Shown in pieces: positions 49,715 through 58,065 of a stretch of DNA of 64,000 bases (position 1 is its first letter; each line of letters opens with the position of its first letter). A model generated the notes under the pieces. The model made no database searches and was not told the DNA's origin. It worked only from the letters and a program-made list of their open reading frames with translations. The translations under genes were made by a program, and so were the position numbers. This stretch comes from an uncultured Alphaproteobacteria bacterium (lineage in GTDB: Bacteria > Pseudomonadota > Alphaproteobacteria > RF32 > CAG-239): contig CALXTR010000002.1 in assembly GCA_944391475.1 (NCBI GenBank), positions 67,814-131,813 on the forward strand. Reading direction: 5' to 3'.

Positions 49715-51356
49715 CGGCGGCTCTGGCCTCATCAGAAATAACTTCGCCAGCCAGCATACGGGCAATTTCTTCGCATTTTTCGGTGTTATCAAGTTCACGT
49801 ACGCAAGTGGTGGTCACATTGTCTTGGGTGGATTTTTCAACCTTGAAATGGTGGTTACCTTGTGCGGCAACTTGCGGAGAATGGGTAACAACCAAGACCT
49901 GTACACCTTGGGCTAATCTGGCTAATCGCTCCCCTACTGCCTGAGCCGTGGCGCCACCGATACCGGCATCGACCTCATCAAAAATCATGGTCTTGACACT
50001 TGAGGTTTGCGCCAGATTGACTTTCAGAGCCAGCATAAATCTTGAAAGTTCACCACCGGAGGCGATTTTATTTAAGGGGCCTTGCGGCGAATTGGGGTTA
50101 GTAGAAACTGTGAAGCAAACACTATCAAAACCATTTTCGCTCCAAGAACTTTCGGAGAGCTTTTCAACCACAGTAACAAAGCGCGCCCTCTCCATTTTGA
50201 GCGGCGGGAGCTCGGCCATAACCGCGGCATCTAACCGCATGGCGGCTTGTTTGCGCTCGGAACTTAGCTCATTTGCGGCTTTAAGATAAGCAAGTTTGGC
50301 TTGCTCTTCGGCTTGGCGGAGGCGATGTATACCCTCCTCGCCAAACTCAATATTGCTTAGTTTTTGTTTGAAATCGGCTAACACATCGGGCAAATCATCT
50401 ACCCCAACCTGATGTTTGCGCGCCAGACCTCGCAGGCTAAACAAGCGGCTCTCAATTTCTTCTAACTCGTTGGTATTCATACTCACATTTTCTGAGGCAT
50501 TCTCAATGGCGCTTAGAGCCTCGGAAGTTTCAATCATGGCTTGTTCGAGGTCATCAATAATCTCGGAATATTTGCCGCCGACCATATCATTTATCTTATA
50601 CATAGCAGATTGAGCCTGACGCAGAGAGGATTGGACATCGTTGCCTTGGGTGAGCAAGCCATACGCATGGTTTAGCCCCTCAATGATTTTTTCGGCATTC
50701 ATCAGTTCCAAACGGCGGGTGGTCAGAGTATCTTCTTCGCCTTTTTCGGGATTGATTTTTTCAAGCTCGCCAACCCAATGGCGCAGATTGTCTTCTTCGG
50801 TTTTGGCTCGTTCAATATCGGCTTCGGCGGCAATCCGTTGGCGGCGTGCTTCTTTATAAGCGCCATAAGTTTGTTTGGTGGCGGCAAGCAAATCGGCATA
50901 ATTGCCATAAGCATCCAGCACACCTAAATGCGAAGCCGGATTGAGCAAGCCTTGGTTATCAAACTGTCCGTGGACCTCAACCAAATTTTTGCCGATTTCA
51001 CGCAGAAGTTTGGCACTTATCGGCTGGTCGTTTACAAAGATTTTTCCTTTGCCTTCAGTGGTGAGACTACGCTTAATTATCAATTCGTCTTCGCACTCAA
51101 TGTCATTTTCGGCTAAGAGCTCAGCCAAAGCCTCGCCTGATTGCGGCGCGCTAAAAGATGCGGTCACGCTCAGCTTATCGGCTCCGTGGCGAATGAGTGA
51201 AGTTTCGGCCCGATTGCCTAAAACCAGCCCCAGCGAATCTAGCAAGATAGATTTTCCGGCGCCGGTTTCTCCGGTCAAAACGCTCAAGCCGGATTGAAAA
51301 TCCAAATCCAGCTTGTCAATCAGTACAACATTGCGAATCGATAGACTTTGGAGCAT
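49692..51356 (-). CDS. recN: DNA repair protein RecN
   Basis: SMC-like: Walker A GETGAGKS, coiled-coil middle, signature LSGGELSRFMLALK, Walker B MIFDEVDAG. Confidence 0.9.
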   Translation of the reverse strand: MLQSLSIRNVVLIDKLDLDFQSGLSVLTGETGAGKSILLDSLGLVLGNRAETSLIRHGADKLSVTASFSAPQSGEALAELLAENDIECEDELIIKRSLTTEGKGKIFVNDQPISAKLLREIGKNLVEVHGQFDNQGLLNPASHLGVLDAYGNYADLLAATKQTYGAYKEARRQRIAAEADIERAKTEEDNLRHWVGELEKINPEKGEEDTLTTRRLELMNAEKIIEGLNHAYGLLTQGNDVQSSLRQAQSAMYKINDMVGGKYSEIIDDLEQAMIETSEALSAIENASENVSMNTNELEEIESRLFSLRGLARKHQVGVDDLPDVLADFKQKLSNIEFGEEGIHRLRQAEEQAKLAYLKAANELSSERKQAAMRLDAAVMAELPPLKMERARFVTVVEKLSESSWSENGFDSVCFTVSTNPNSPQGPLNKIASGGELSRFMLALKVNLAQTSSVKTMIFDEVDAGIGGATAQAVGERLARLAQGVQVLVVTHSPQVAAQGNHHFKVEKSTQDNVTTTCVRELDNTEKCEEIARMLAGEVISDEARAAAKVLLSA

Positions 51357-52153
51357 TAGTTCTTTGTTTCACCCTTCAATAAACTCTTCGCCTTGGCATA
51401 CCATTTGCTCTTGGGGTAATTGTGTCCCAAAACTTGAGCGGCAGTATCGGCCTCTTGTGTCATGCCCAAAATGGTATAAAGCTCAACTTGGCGATACAAG
51501 GCTTCTTCAATGTGACTGGTGGTTTGATAGTCGTTAACCACGGTCGAAAAACGGTTTAAGGCTGAGAGGTAATTGTTTTGCGACAAATAATAACGCCCGA
51601 TTTCCATTTCTTTGCCGGCCAAGTGGTCGCGGGTTAAATCGAGTTTCAATCTGGCGTCTTGGGCATAATCGGTGTTGGGAAAACGGAAAATAACCTGCTG
51701 TAGAGCTTTATAAGCTTCTTCAGTATTGCCCTGGTCTTTTTCAACTGTGGTTATTTGGTCATAATAGCACAGCGCCTTAAGGTAATAGGCATAGGCAATA
51801 TCCTTGTTACCGGGGTGAAATTTGATAAAGCGGTCAAGGCTGATGATGGCGTCATCATATTTATTGTCTTTATAATAAGCATATGCGCCCATTAATTTGG
51901 CCTTGGTGGCCCATTTGGAATAAGGGTGTTCAAGCTCGACTTTTTCAAAGGTTTCGGCCGATTTTTGATATTGATCTTTGTTGAGCAATTTGTATCCTTT
52001 GACATACAGTTCTTCGGCGGATTTATCATCATCATTATCTGGGGTTGATGAACAAGCCGTAACCAAACTCAGTCCCAAAAACAAACTTAATATCAGCGCA
52101 AATTTTTTCATGCTTAATCCTTTATATGATTTCATAATTGTTTTCATCGGCAA
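51356..52153 (-). CDS. bamD: Outer membrane protein assembly factor BamD (ComL-like TPR lipoprotein)
   Basis: Lipobox LVTAC. TPR-like repeats. Conserved position between lpxC and recN. 1-nt stop/start overlap with recN. Confidence 0.85.
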   Translation of the reverse strand: MPMKTIMKSYKGLSMKKFALILSLFLGLSLVTACSSTPDNDDDKSAEELYVKGYKLLNKDQYQKSAETFEKVELEHPYSKWATKAKLMGAYAYYKDNKYDDAIISLDRFIKFHPGNKDIAYAYYLKALCYYDQITTVEKDQGNTEEAYKALQQVIFRFPNTDYAQDARLKLDLTRDHLAGKEMEIGRYYLSQNNYLSALNRFSTVVNDYQTTSHIEEALYRQVELYTILGMTQEADTAAQVLGHNYPKSKWYAKAKSLLKGETKN

Positions 52154-52994
52154 ACAAAAGCTTTAGTAGCTCGTTGGTGTGGTGATGTCCGGTACGAACC
52201 GCCTCCAGCTCGCCTAAGATATAGTATCCGGAAGTATACAAATCACCCACTGCATCTAAAACTTTGTGATTGACGCATTCGTGCTCACAACGAAAACCCT
52301 CGGGGTTCAAAATTTTATCACCATCTAATACTACCGCATTTTCTAAGCTTCCACCCTTGATTAGGCCAATTGATTGCAGATAGTCGACCTGATATTTTTC
52401 ACAAAAAGTGCGGCAAGGAGCGATTTCGTCCTCAAACAGCTGCGGGGTAATTTCACCTGCAAATTCTTGATGACCGACGATTGGAGACGGGAAATCAATT
52501 GCAAAATTAATCACCTGCCCTTTAGCAGAGGGGCTGAGTTTAATATGCTTATCTCCATCGGTCAGCTCGATAGTTTTCTTGACTTTAAGGTAATGTTTGG
52601 GAGCATTTTGCTCGACCAAAACGCCCGGAGCCATAAATGAACGGAAAAACACTAAGGCACTACTATCCATAATTGGGAGTTCCGGACCATTGACCTCAAT
52701 TAAGGTATTATCCAATCCGGCAACAGAAAGAGCAGCCATAAGGTGCTCAACAGTCGATACAACATTGCCGTGATTATCACCAAGGCAAGTGCAGTTTCTG
52801 GTATCTACCACATGAGAATAGAGCGCTGGAAACTTAGGCCTATCGGGCAAATCGGTGCGGCAAAAGACTACCCCATGGTTTATCGGCGCAGGGTTTATGA
52901 CCAAGCGAGATTGACAGCCGGAATGAAGTCCGTGACCTTCAATTACAATGGGGTGAGATAAGGTTTTTTGCATACTAAAAACTCCAGATTGCAC
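52122..52994 (-). CDS. lpxC: UDP-3-O-acyl-N-acetylglucosamine deacetylase (true start possibly the ATG at 52973)
   Basis: Conserved LpxC blocks (TVEHLMAALSVAGLDN, EVNGPELPIMDSSA, HHTNELL). Overlaps bamD by 32 nt. Confidence 0.9.
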   Translation of the reverse strand: MQSGVFSMQKTLSHPIVIEGHGLHSGCQSRLVINPAPINHGVVFCRTDLPDRPKFPALYSHVVDTRNCTCLGDNHGNVVSTVEHLMAALSVAGLDNTLIEVNGPELPIMDSSALVFFRSFMAPGVLVEQNAPKHYLKVKKTIELTDGDKHIKLSPSAKGQVINFAIDFPSPIVGHQEFAGEITPQLFEDEIAPCRTFCEKYQVDYLQSIGLIKGGSLENAVVLDGDKILNPEGFRCEHECVNHKVLDAVGDLYTSGYYILGELEAVRTGHHHTNELLKLLFADENNYEII

Positions 52995-53236
52995 AAGTTA
53001 ATTATTTTTACACCTGATTGGGGGAATTTGCAATTACAAAATCTAATCTTCCAAGGCTATTTAGTTTATATTCACAAATTGGACAAATATCCTTAGGGTA
53101 AGCTAATAAATTATTGCAAATTTCGTAAAAATATATTATGATATTACTTATATATAGAATCGCTAATGGGAGAATCTAAGGGTTTTAAGGTAATTTAAGC
53201 TTTTGTCTAGTTTTTAGCAAGGAAAGGACTACCACC

Positions 53237-56200
53237 ATGCAGGAGAAGAAAAAATCCGGCCCGGTTTGTTGCGGCCAAAATTTAAGAAAATTGCGCTTTT
53301 ATCGAGGCGTGAGTTATGTGGTTTTATGCTTGGTAATAGTTATTACTCTTGGTTGGATGGGGTTAGGAAATAATGCATATGCAGCAATTTGTTTCTTGCC
53401 TGACTGCATGGATAAAATGGTCGAGTTTAAAGGAGATGCCAATACTTCTACAAAGTTTTGTACAGACAACGGATATACTTATTATGAATTAGGACAATGC
53501 CCTCAATATTCTATTGCTGAGGTTTGCCCTTCTGATAGCCATTATCTTAAATGTGATTCTACAAAATGGTGTACTGATAATAACTATACCACAACAGCTG
53601 ATGATTGTAAGGCGCCTAAATATGCCGATGAACAGTGCCCCAATGGGCTTAAACTTTATAAACAATGTAAAGAAGATTTTACAAGAGCTTGCAGCGAAGA
53701 AAATCATGAGTATGTAAGTGAATGTTTAGAAGGCTGGCAACTTGATGAAGAAAATCTTTGTAGCTACTCGCCACTATATGGAATATGTTGCAATAAATGT
53801 AGCGACTATCCCTACGAAGCAGATGAAATTCCTAATGGATACCAAAAAGCAGAAAGCTGCCTTGCCTGCGGTGATGTGACCAGATACAAAAAAGAACCCT
53901 ATAATTGTGCTAACGACGGATTTAAGAAATGTAGTAATGGACCTAAAACAGGTAGTGCAACTTGTTTAAGCGGAACAGAAGTTTGGTATCGCGAATGCTG
54001 TATTCCATGTGATGATTTTCCTTATTTTGAAAATACCATCCCCACTGGCTACCTCAAAGGGGATAGTTGTGATTCTTGCGATGGAATGAAATTTAAAACT
54101 AAAATTGGAGACTGTGCAGAAGGATACAAGTGGGAGAATGGATTTTGCGTCCCAGAATGTGATAATGTTTGTGAACCTGGTAGTGTTTTCTATTCTGATC
54201 TTTCTTGTTGTTCACAGAAATCATCTAGCAAAACTCCAATTGGTGTAGTTGCTTATGTAAATGGTATTAAAAAATATATTATTAATTTGAATGGATATAC
54301 CCAACAAATTGGGGAATATGATACCAAAAACATCAGTAATATATCTAGCGTTGATAGTGCAAAATTGGATTTTGCCGGAAAAGTTAAAACATATAGCAGC
54401 ATTCAAGAACGCGGCAGCAATACAAATCATGCTGCCGGATATTGTTATAATTTCATAACTGAGGGCACAAATAAAGGTGACTGGTATTTACCCGCTGCCG
54501 GTGAATTATATTCGTCTTTAAGCGAGAACAAATTAGCTATAGGCGTTGGTATGAAAAATAGTGCTGGAGAGAATCTCGAATCTTGGCATGCGTCTTCTTC
54601 CGATGCTCTAAACGGCACAATCTGGAATGTGAATGCCAGTACTGGTGAAGTGGAATCTTTTGATGGGGTTAATGATGCTAATATACGTTGTATGCTTTCT
54701 CTAGAATGGAACGAAGATGATAACAATGCACAAGTATGCGATTCTCGGTATAGTTTTGCTTGTAGAAACTATAATGATCTTAGCGGATATGGAACAGCTT
54801 GTGGTGGACTTTACACCAAATGCAATTGTAGATACCCAGCGAATTGGCAAGTAAATGCATGTAAATGCCCGAGCCAATATAGATTTTCATGTTATGGATA
54901 TAATGAAGCTGGAGGAAATGGGCAATCTTGTGATGGTAAATATGCAAGTTGTCGTTGTCGCTCTGGATATGTTTGGAGCGGAAGCAGCTGTGTATTCCAA
55001 AGTTGTGACAGCAGCTATCGCTACACATGTGTCGGCTCAGGAATAACCGGTGGCTCAGGCACTCCATGTGGTGGTAAATATAAGAGTTGCACTTGCAAAG
55101 CATTTTACGCATGGAATTCTTCTGGATATTGTGTATTTCAAGGTTGCCCCACCGCGTATAAATATACCTGTAGCGGTGAAGGCTACGAAGGAGGATCCGG
55201 TGTTGATTGTCAAGGCAAATATTCAATGTGCACTTGTGCCGATGGATATGAGTGGAAAGATGGTCAATGCGGTTTAGTCGGATGCAGTACTGCTTATAAA
55301 TATACTTGTGAAACAACAGATAAAATCACAGGTGGGTTTGGTACTGCTTGTGGAGGTAAATATACAAAATGTTCATGCAAATCCGGATATACATGGCTTG
55401 GTGAAGATTGTGGATGTTCTACCTCATATCGTTACACGTGTAGCGGTCCTGAATATCAGAGAGGCGAAGGACTGCCATGTGATGGTAAATATGCAAAATG
55501 CGTGTGTCATCAGGATTACGTTTGGGATGGTAGTAAATGTGATTGTGGACCAAATTTTCAATATACATGTGCCCCTAATAGTGCTGCTCATATAACCGGA
55601 CCGCTTGGCGGGAGCTGTAATGGCAAGTATAAAAATTGCCAATGCGAAGATGGATATTATTGGGGTAGTGGTACATGTGTTTGTAATCCAGATTATAAAT
55701 ATACATGCTCTATGCCTCATGCTACAGGTTCTGGAACTGCCTGTGGAGGTAAATATAAATCTTGCACTTGTGAATCCCCATATTTCTGGGATATGAGTAA
55801 AGATATATGCGCTTGTGATACATCATACAAATATACGTGCTCTAATGAAGGAGAAAAACCTGAAGGTACAGCTTGTAACGGAAAATATCAAAGCTGCGGT
55901 TGTAAAAGTGGGTATTATAAGAAAAACGGAGTTTGTGTCAAAAAGACATCCTGCGATGTTGGTGATATTCTCAATTCTGATATGACTTGTACCATTACAA
56001 AAGAAAGTGGCAAGACGCCGATTGGGGTGGTATCGTATGTTGATGGCAACACTGCAATTGCAATTGAATTAGAAGCACATGAGTCCAGAGGACCAACTGT
56101 TGAGAATTGTCCAATTTTACCAGATTTGAACGATTACGATGCATCGTTTGACTATAATGGGAAAGCAAACACTCGGATAAGAGTTGAATATTTTCCTGAT

Positions 56201-57223
56201 GCTTCAATAGCAGATTCTGGAACACACATATGTTATAACAATACCACAGCCGGAACTTCAAAAGGAGATTGGTATTTGCCAGCAGCAGCTGAACTGTCTA
56301 AATCTATTGTATTCAATATCGATGAAGTTAATAAAGGATTGCAGAATGCCGGTGGAGATGAGATTATATATGGTGAAGATTACTGGTCTTCTACTGAAGC
56401 CGAAAAAGAAGGTGTTGGAGATTATCCATATGCTTGGATGGTGCTTGGCGGACGATATAAGAAATCAGATATGGGTGGTAACTGGCATCAACAAAGATGC
56501 GTAATTGCCTTTAATGACAACAAAGACGGATCTGCAACCATATGTAACAAGGATTATGTATTCAGATGTTCTGGTACCGGCTATACCGGTGGCAATGGCG
56601 AAAGCTGTGGGGGAATGTACAAATCTTGTAGCTGTGCGAGTGGGTATGAGTGGAAGAATGGGGTGTGCGAGCAGGCGGTAGTTTGTGAGGTCGGAAATAT
56701 CCTCAACTCGGATATGACTTGCTCGGCCTCAAAGGTAAGCGGTAAAACGCCGATTGGGGTCATCTCTTATATGAACGGTAGTACGCGATTGGCGATAAAT
56801 TTGGTAAATATGAAAATGCCTTGGGGTGGCGATGGTACAGATATATCGGGATTGACGAATTATAGTTCATCGCCACATACAACAGACTTTAGTGGTAAGA
56901 GTAATACATCTAAGATAGTAAGTGTATTAGGAAGTAGCTCCACAAGTTATGCGGCAGGATATTGCTATAATTTTACGACCGCAGGGACATCTAAGGGAGA
57001 TTGGTATCTCCCTGCACAAGGAGAGCTATATGCCTCGATAGTGACTAACTATTCAGCAGTAAACAGTGGATTGAGTGCGGCCGGAGGTACATCTGTAAGT
57101 AGATATCATTGGTCGTCGTCCGAGTATAGCTACCTTACCGCGTGGAATGTGGATGCCAGTGGCGGTGTGGCCGGCGGCCTTAAGGGTCTCTCCTTTTACG
57201 TCAGGTGTGTCCTAGCTTTTTAG
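53237..57223 (+). CDS. Giant secreted cysteine-rich repeat protein with three DUF1566/Fib_succ_major-like domains
   Basis: N-terminal signal/anchor. Three about 180-aa modules, each opening C.(V/P)G.(I/V)(L/F).SD(M/L).C....SGKTPIGVV.Y and containing YCYNFTT.GT.KGDWYLPA.GEL (nt 54171-54719, 55951-56543, 56685-57220). Between them lie about 10 repeats of C...Y(K/R)YTC......G.G..C.GKY..C.C..GY.W. Confidence 0.8.
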   Translation: MQEKKKSGPVCCGQNLRKLRFYRGVSYVVLCLVIVITLGWMGLGNNAYAAICFLPDCMDKMVEFKGDANTSTKFCTDNGYTYYELGQCPQYSIAEVCPSDSHYLKCDSTKWCTDNNYTTTADDCKAPKYADEQCPNGLKLYKQCKEDFTRACSEENHEYVSECLEGWQLDEENLCSYSPLYGICCNKCSDYPYEADEIPNGYQKAESCLACGDVTRYKKEPYNCANDGFKKCSNGPKTGSATCLSGTEVWYRECCIPCDDFPYFENTIPTGYLKGDSCDSCDGMKFKTKIGDCAEGYKWENGFCVPECDNVCEPGSVFYSDLSCCSQKSSSKTPIGVVAYVNGIKKYIINLNGYTQQIGEYDTKNISNISSVDSAKLDFAGKVKTYSSIQERGSNTNHAAGYCYNFITEGTNKGDWYLPAAGELYSSLSENKLAIGVGMKNSAGENLESWHASSSDALNGTIWNVNASTGEVESFDGVNDANIRCMLSLEWNEDDNNAQVCDSRYSFACRNYNDLSGYGTACGGLYTKCNCRYPANWQVNACKCPSQYRFSCYGYNEAGGNGQSCDGKYASCRCRSGYVWSGSSCVFQSCDSSYRYTCVGSGITGGSGTPCGGKYKSCTCKAFYAWNSSGYCVFQGCPTAYKYTCSGEGYEGGSGVDCQGKYSMCTCADGYEWKDGQCGLVGCSTAYKYTCETTDKITGGFGTACGGKYTKCSCKSGYTWLGEDCGCSTSYRYTCSGPEYQRGEGLPCDGKYAKCVCHQDYVWDGSKCDCGPNFQYTCAPNSAAHITGPLGGSCNGKYKNCQCEDGYYWGSGTCVCNPDYKYTCSMPHATGSGTACGGKYKSCTCESPYFWDMSKDICACDTSYKYTCSNEGEKPEGTACNGKYQSCGCKSGYYKKNGVCVKKTSCDVGDILNSDMTCTITKESGKTPIGVVSYVDGNTAIAIELEAHESRGPTVENCPILPDLNDYDASFDYNGKANTRIRVEYFPDASIADSGTHICYNNTTAGTSKGDWYLPAAAELSKSIVFNIDEVNKGLQNAGGDEIIYGEDYWSSTEAEKEGVGDYPYAWMVLGGRYKKSDMGGNWHQQRCVIAFNDNKDGSATICNKDYVFRCSGTGYTGGNGESCGGMYKSCSCASGYEWKNGVCEQAVVCEVGNILNSDMTCSASKVSGKTPIGVISYMNGSTRLAINLVNMKMPWGGDGTDISGLTNYSSSPHTTDFSGKSNTSKIVSVLGSSSTSYAAGYCYNFTTAGTSKGDWYLPAQGELYASIVTNYSAVNSGLSAAGGTSVSRYHWSSSEYSYLTAWNVDASGGVAGGLKGLSFYVRCVLAF
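54730..55940 (+). repeat. Tandem array of nine 99-105-nt (33-35-aa) six-cysteine coding repeats inside the giant gene (a tenth copy at 56544-56672)
   Basis: Recurring nucleotide motifs (tataaatatacctg, tgtggaggtaaatat, tggatat) in register with the protein repeats. Confidence 0.7.
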
Positions 57224-57496
57224 TTAACTAACCGAGTTTGGGTAAAAAATATTATTATGTTTTTTCTTTCTCCGATGCTCCGGCAGTGGCTTTTGCGCTG
57301 TCGGAGTTCTATATTTATAAGCTGTTGTAAACTTATGATTATATACATCAATTCATTGGGCGCAAAAGGCAGCTCATTATGTAACGGTCGCTTGAAACAT
57401 ATTGTTTCTTCGCCACCTAACAACTTCGCGACGTTGGAAACCTAAATGCGCTGCGGCTTTTGTCAAAGCCTCGCTTATTGATGTTTCCTGACCCTA

Positions 57497-57526
57497 CGGT
57501 GAAAAAACTTTCACCGGAAGTTTTTT
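57497..57526 (+). terminator. Possible plus-strand intrinsic terminator about 270 nt downstream of the giant gene (3'UTR end or small RNA end)
   Basis: Stem CGGTGAAA / TTTCACCG with loop AAAC, then GAAG and T6. Confidence 0.35.
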
Positions 57527-57582
57527 CATCCTCGGCGATTGTGCTTTGCGGAGTGCTTTTTTATATTATTCTCTCTAAGCAC

Positions 57583-57608
57583 AAAAAAACGGGGAGAAAA
57601 TCTCCCCG
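57583..57608 (-). terminator. Intrinsic terminator of the clpB–orf144 transcript
   Basis: Stem CGGGGAGA / TCTCCCCG with loop AAA, followed on the minus strand by T7. 20 nt after the orf144 stop. Confidence 0.8.
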
Positions 57609-57630
57609 CATACTAAAGCATCTAGCCCTA

Positions 57631-58065
57631 CTAATCTTCAAAATACTCCTTAGCAAAGCGGAACTTGTCCCAGCCGTTAATGCTCTTTACATCCTCATTG
57701 CGCAAAATCGCCGGCAACTCTGTGCTCCGAAAAACACTGCGCGGGTCGGCATCTTTTACAAATGCCACCACGTCTCCCTTAGCCTCGCTTATCATGCGCG
57801 CTGAGGCAATCTTCCACACTGCGGCTATCTCCTCAGGACTCAAGCCAGACTTATCTCCGTCTAAGCCCAATCTTATCAGCTCTTTTCCGCACTCGGTCTG
57901 GTCTATCATCATTGCTTCGGGGTGCGTGTCCAAATAGGCAAAAGCTTTTTCCTTATTTTCCTTACTCGGCAAAAAGCTTACACTATACAGCACTACCCCG
58001 TCTTTAGGCGTGGACACAGACATAGTCTGTGCCACCCTAACCGCTTGTTCATACAAATCAGACAT
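57631..58065 (-). CDS. Hypothetical protein translationally coupled to clpB (8-nt overlap)
   Basis: 144-aa ORF with no recognisable motif. ATG lies inside the clpB 3' end. Own terminator downstream. Confidence 0.5.
   Translation of the reverse strand: MSDLYEQAVRVAQTMSVSTPKDGVVLYSVSFLPSKENKEKAFAYLDTHPEAMMIDQTECGKELIRLGLDGDKSGLSPEEIAAVWKIASARMISEAKGDVVAFVKDADPRSVFRSTELPAILRNEDVKSINGWDKFRFAKEYFED

Noticed and set aside
51357-51420. GTTC-N7-CACC upstream of recN as a second LexA box
   Set aside because: Only a half-site matches, and it lies inside bamD coding sequence. Not supportable without a genome-wide motif model.
54780-55720. Antisense ORFs (178 aa, 98 aa) inside the giant gene repeat array
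   Set aside because: They arise from the TGT/TGC-rich repeats read in reverse (His/Ile/Tyr-rich nonsense) and have no start context.
57257-57445. 62-aa and 67-aa ORFs in the giant-gene downstream region
   Set aside because: No SD, atypical composition (Cys/Leu/Ile-rich) and they overlap each other on opposite strands. Better treated as non-coding.
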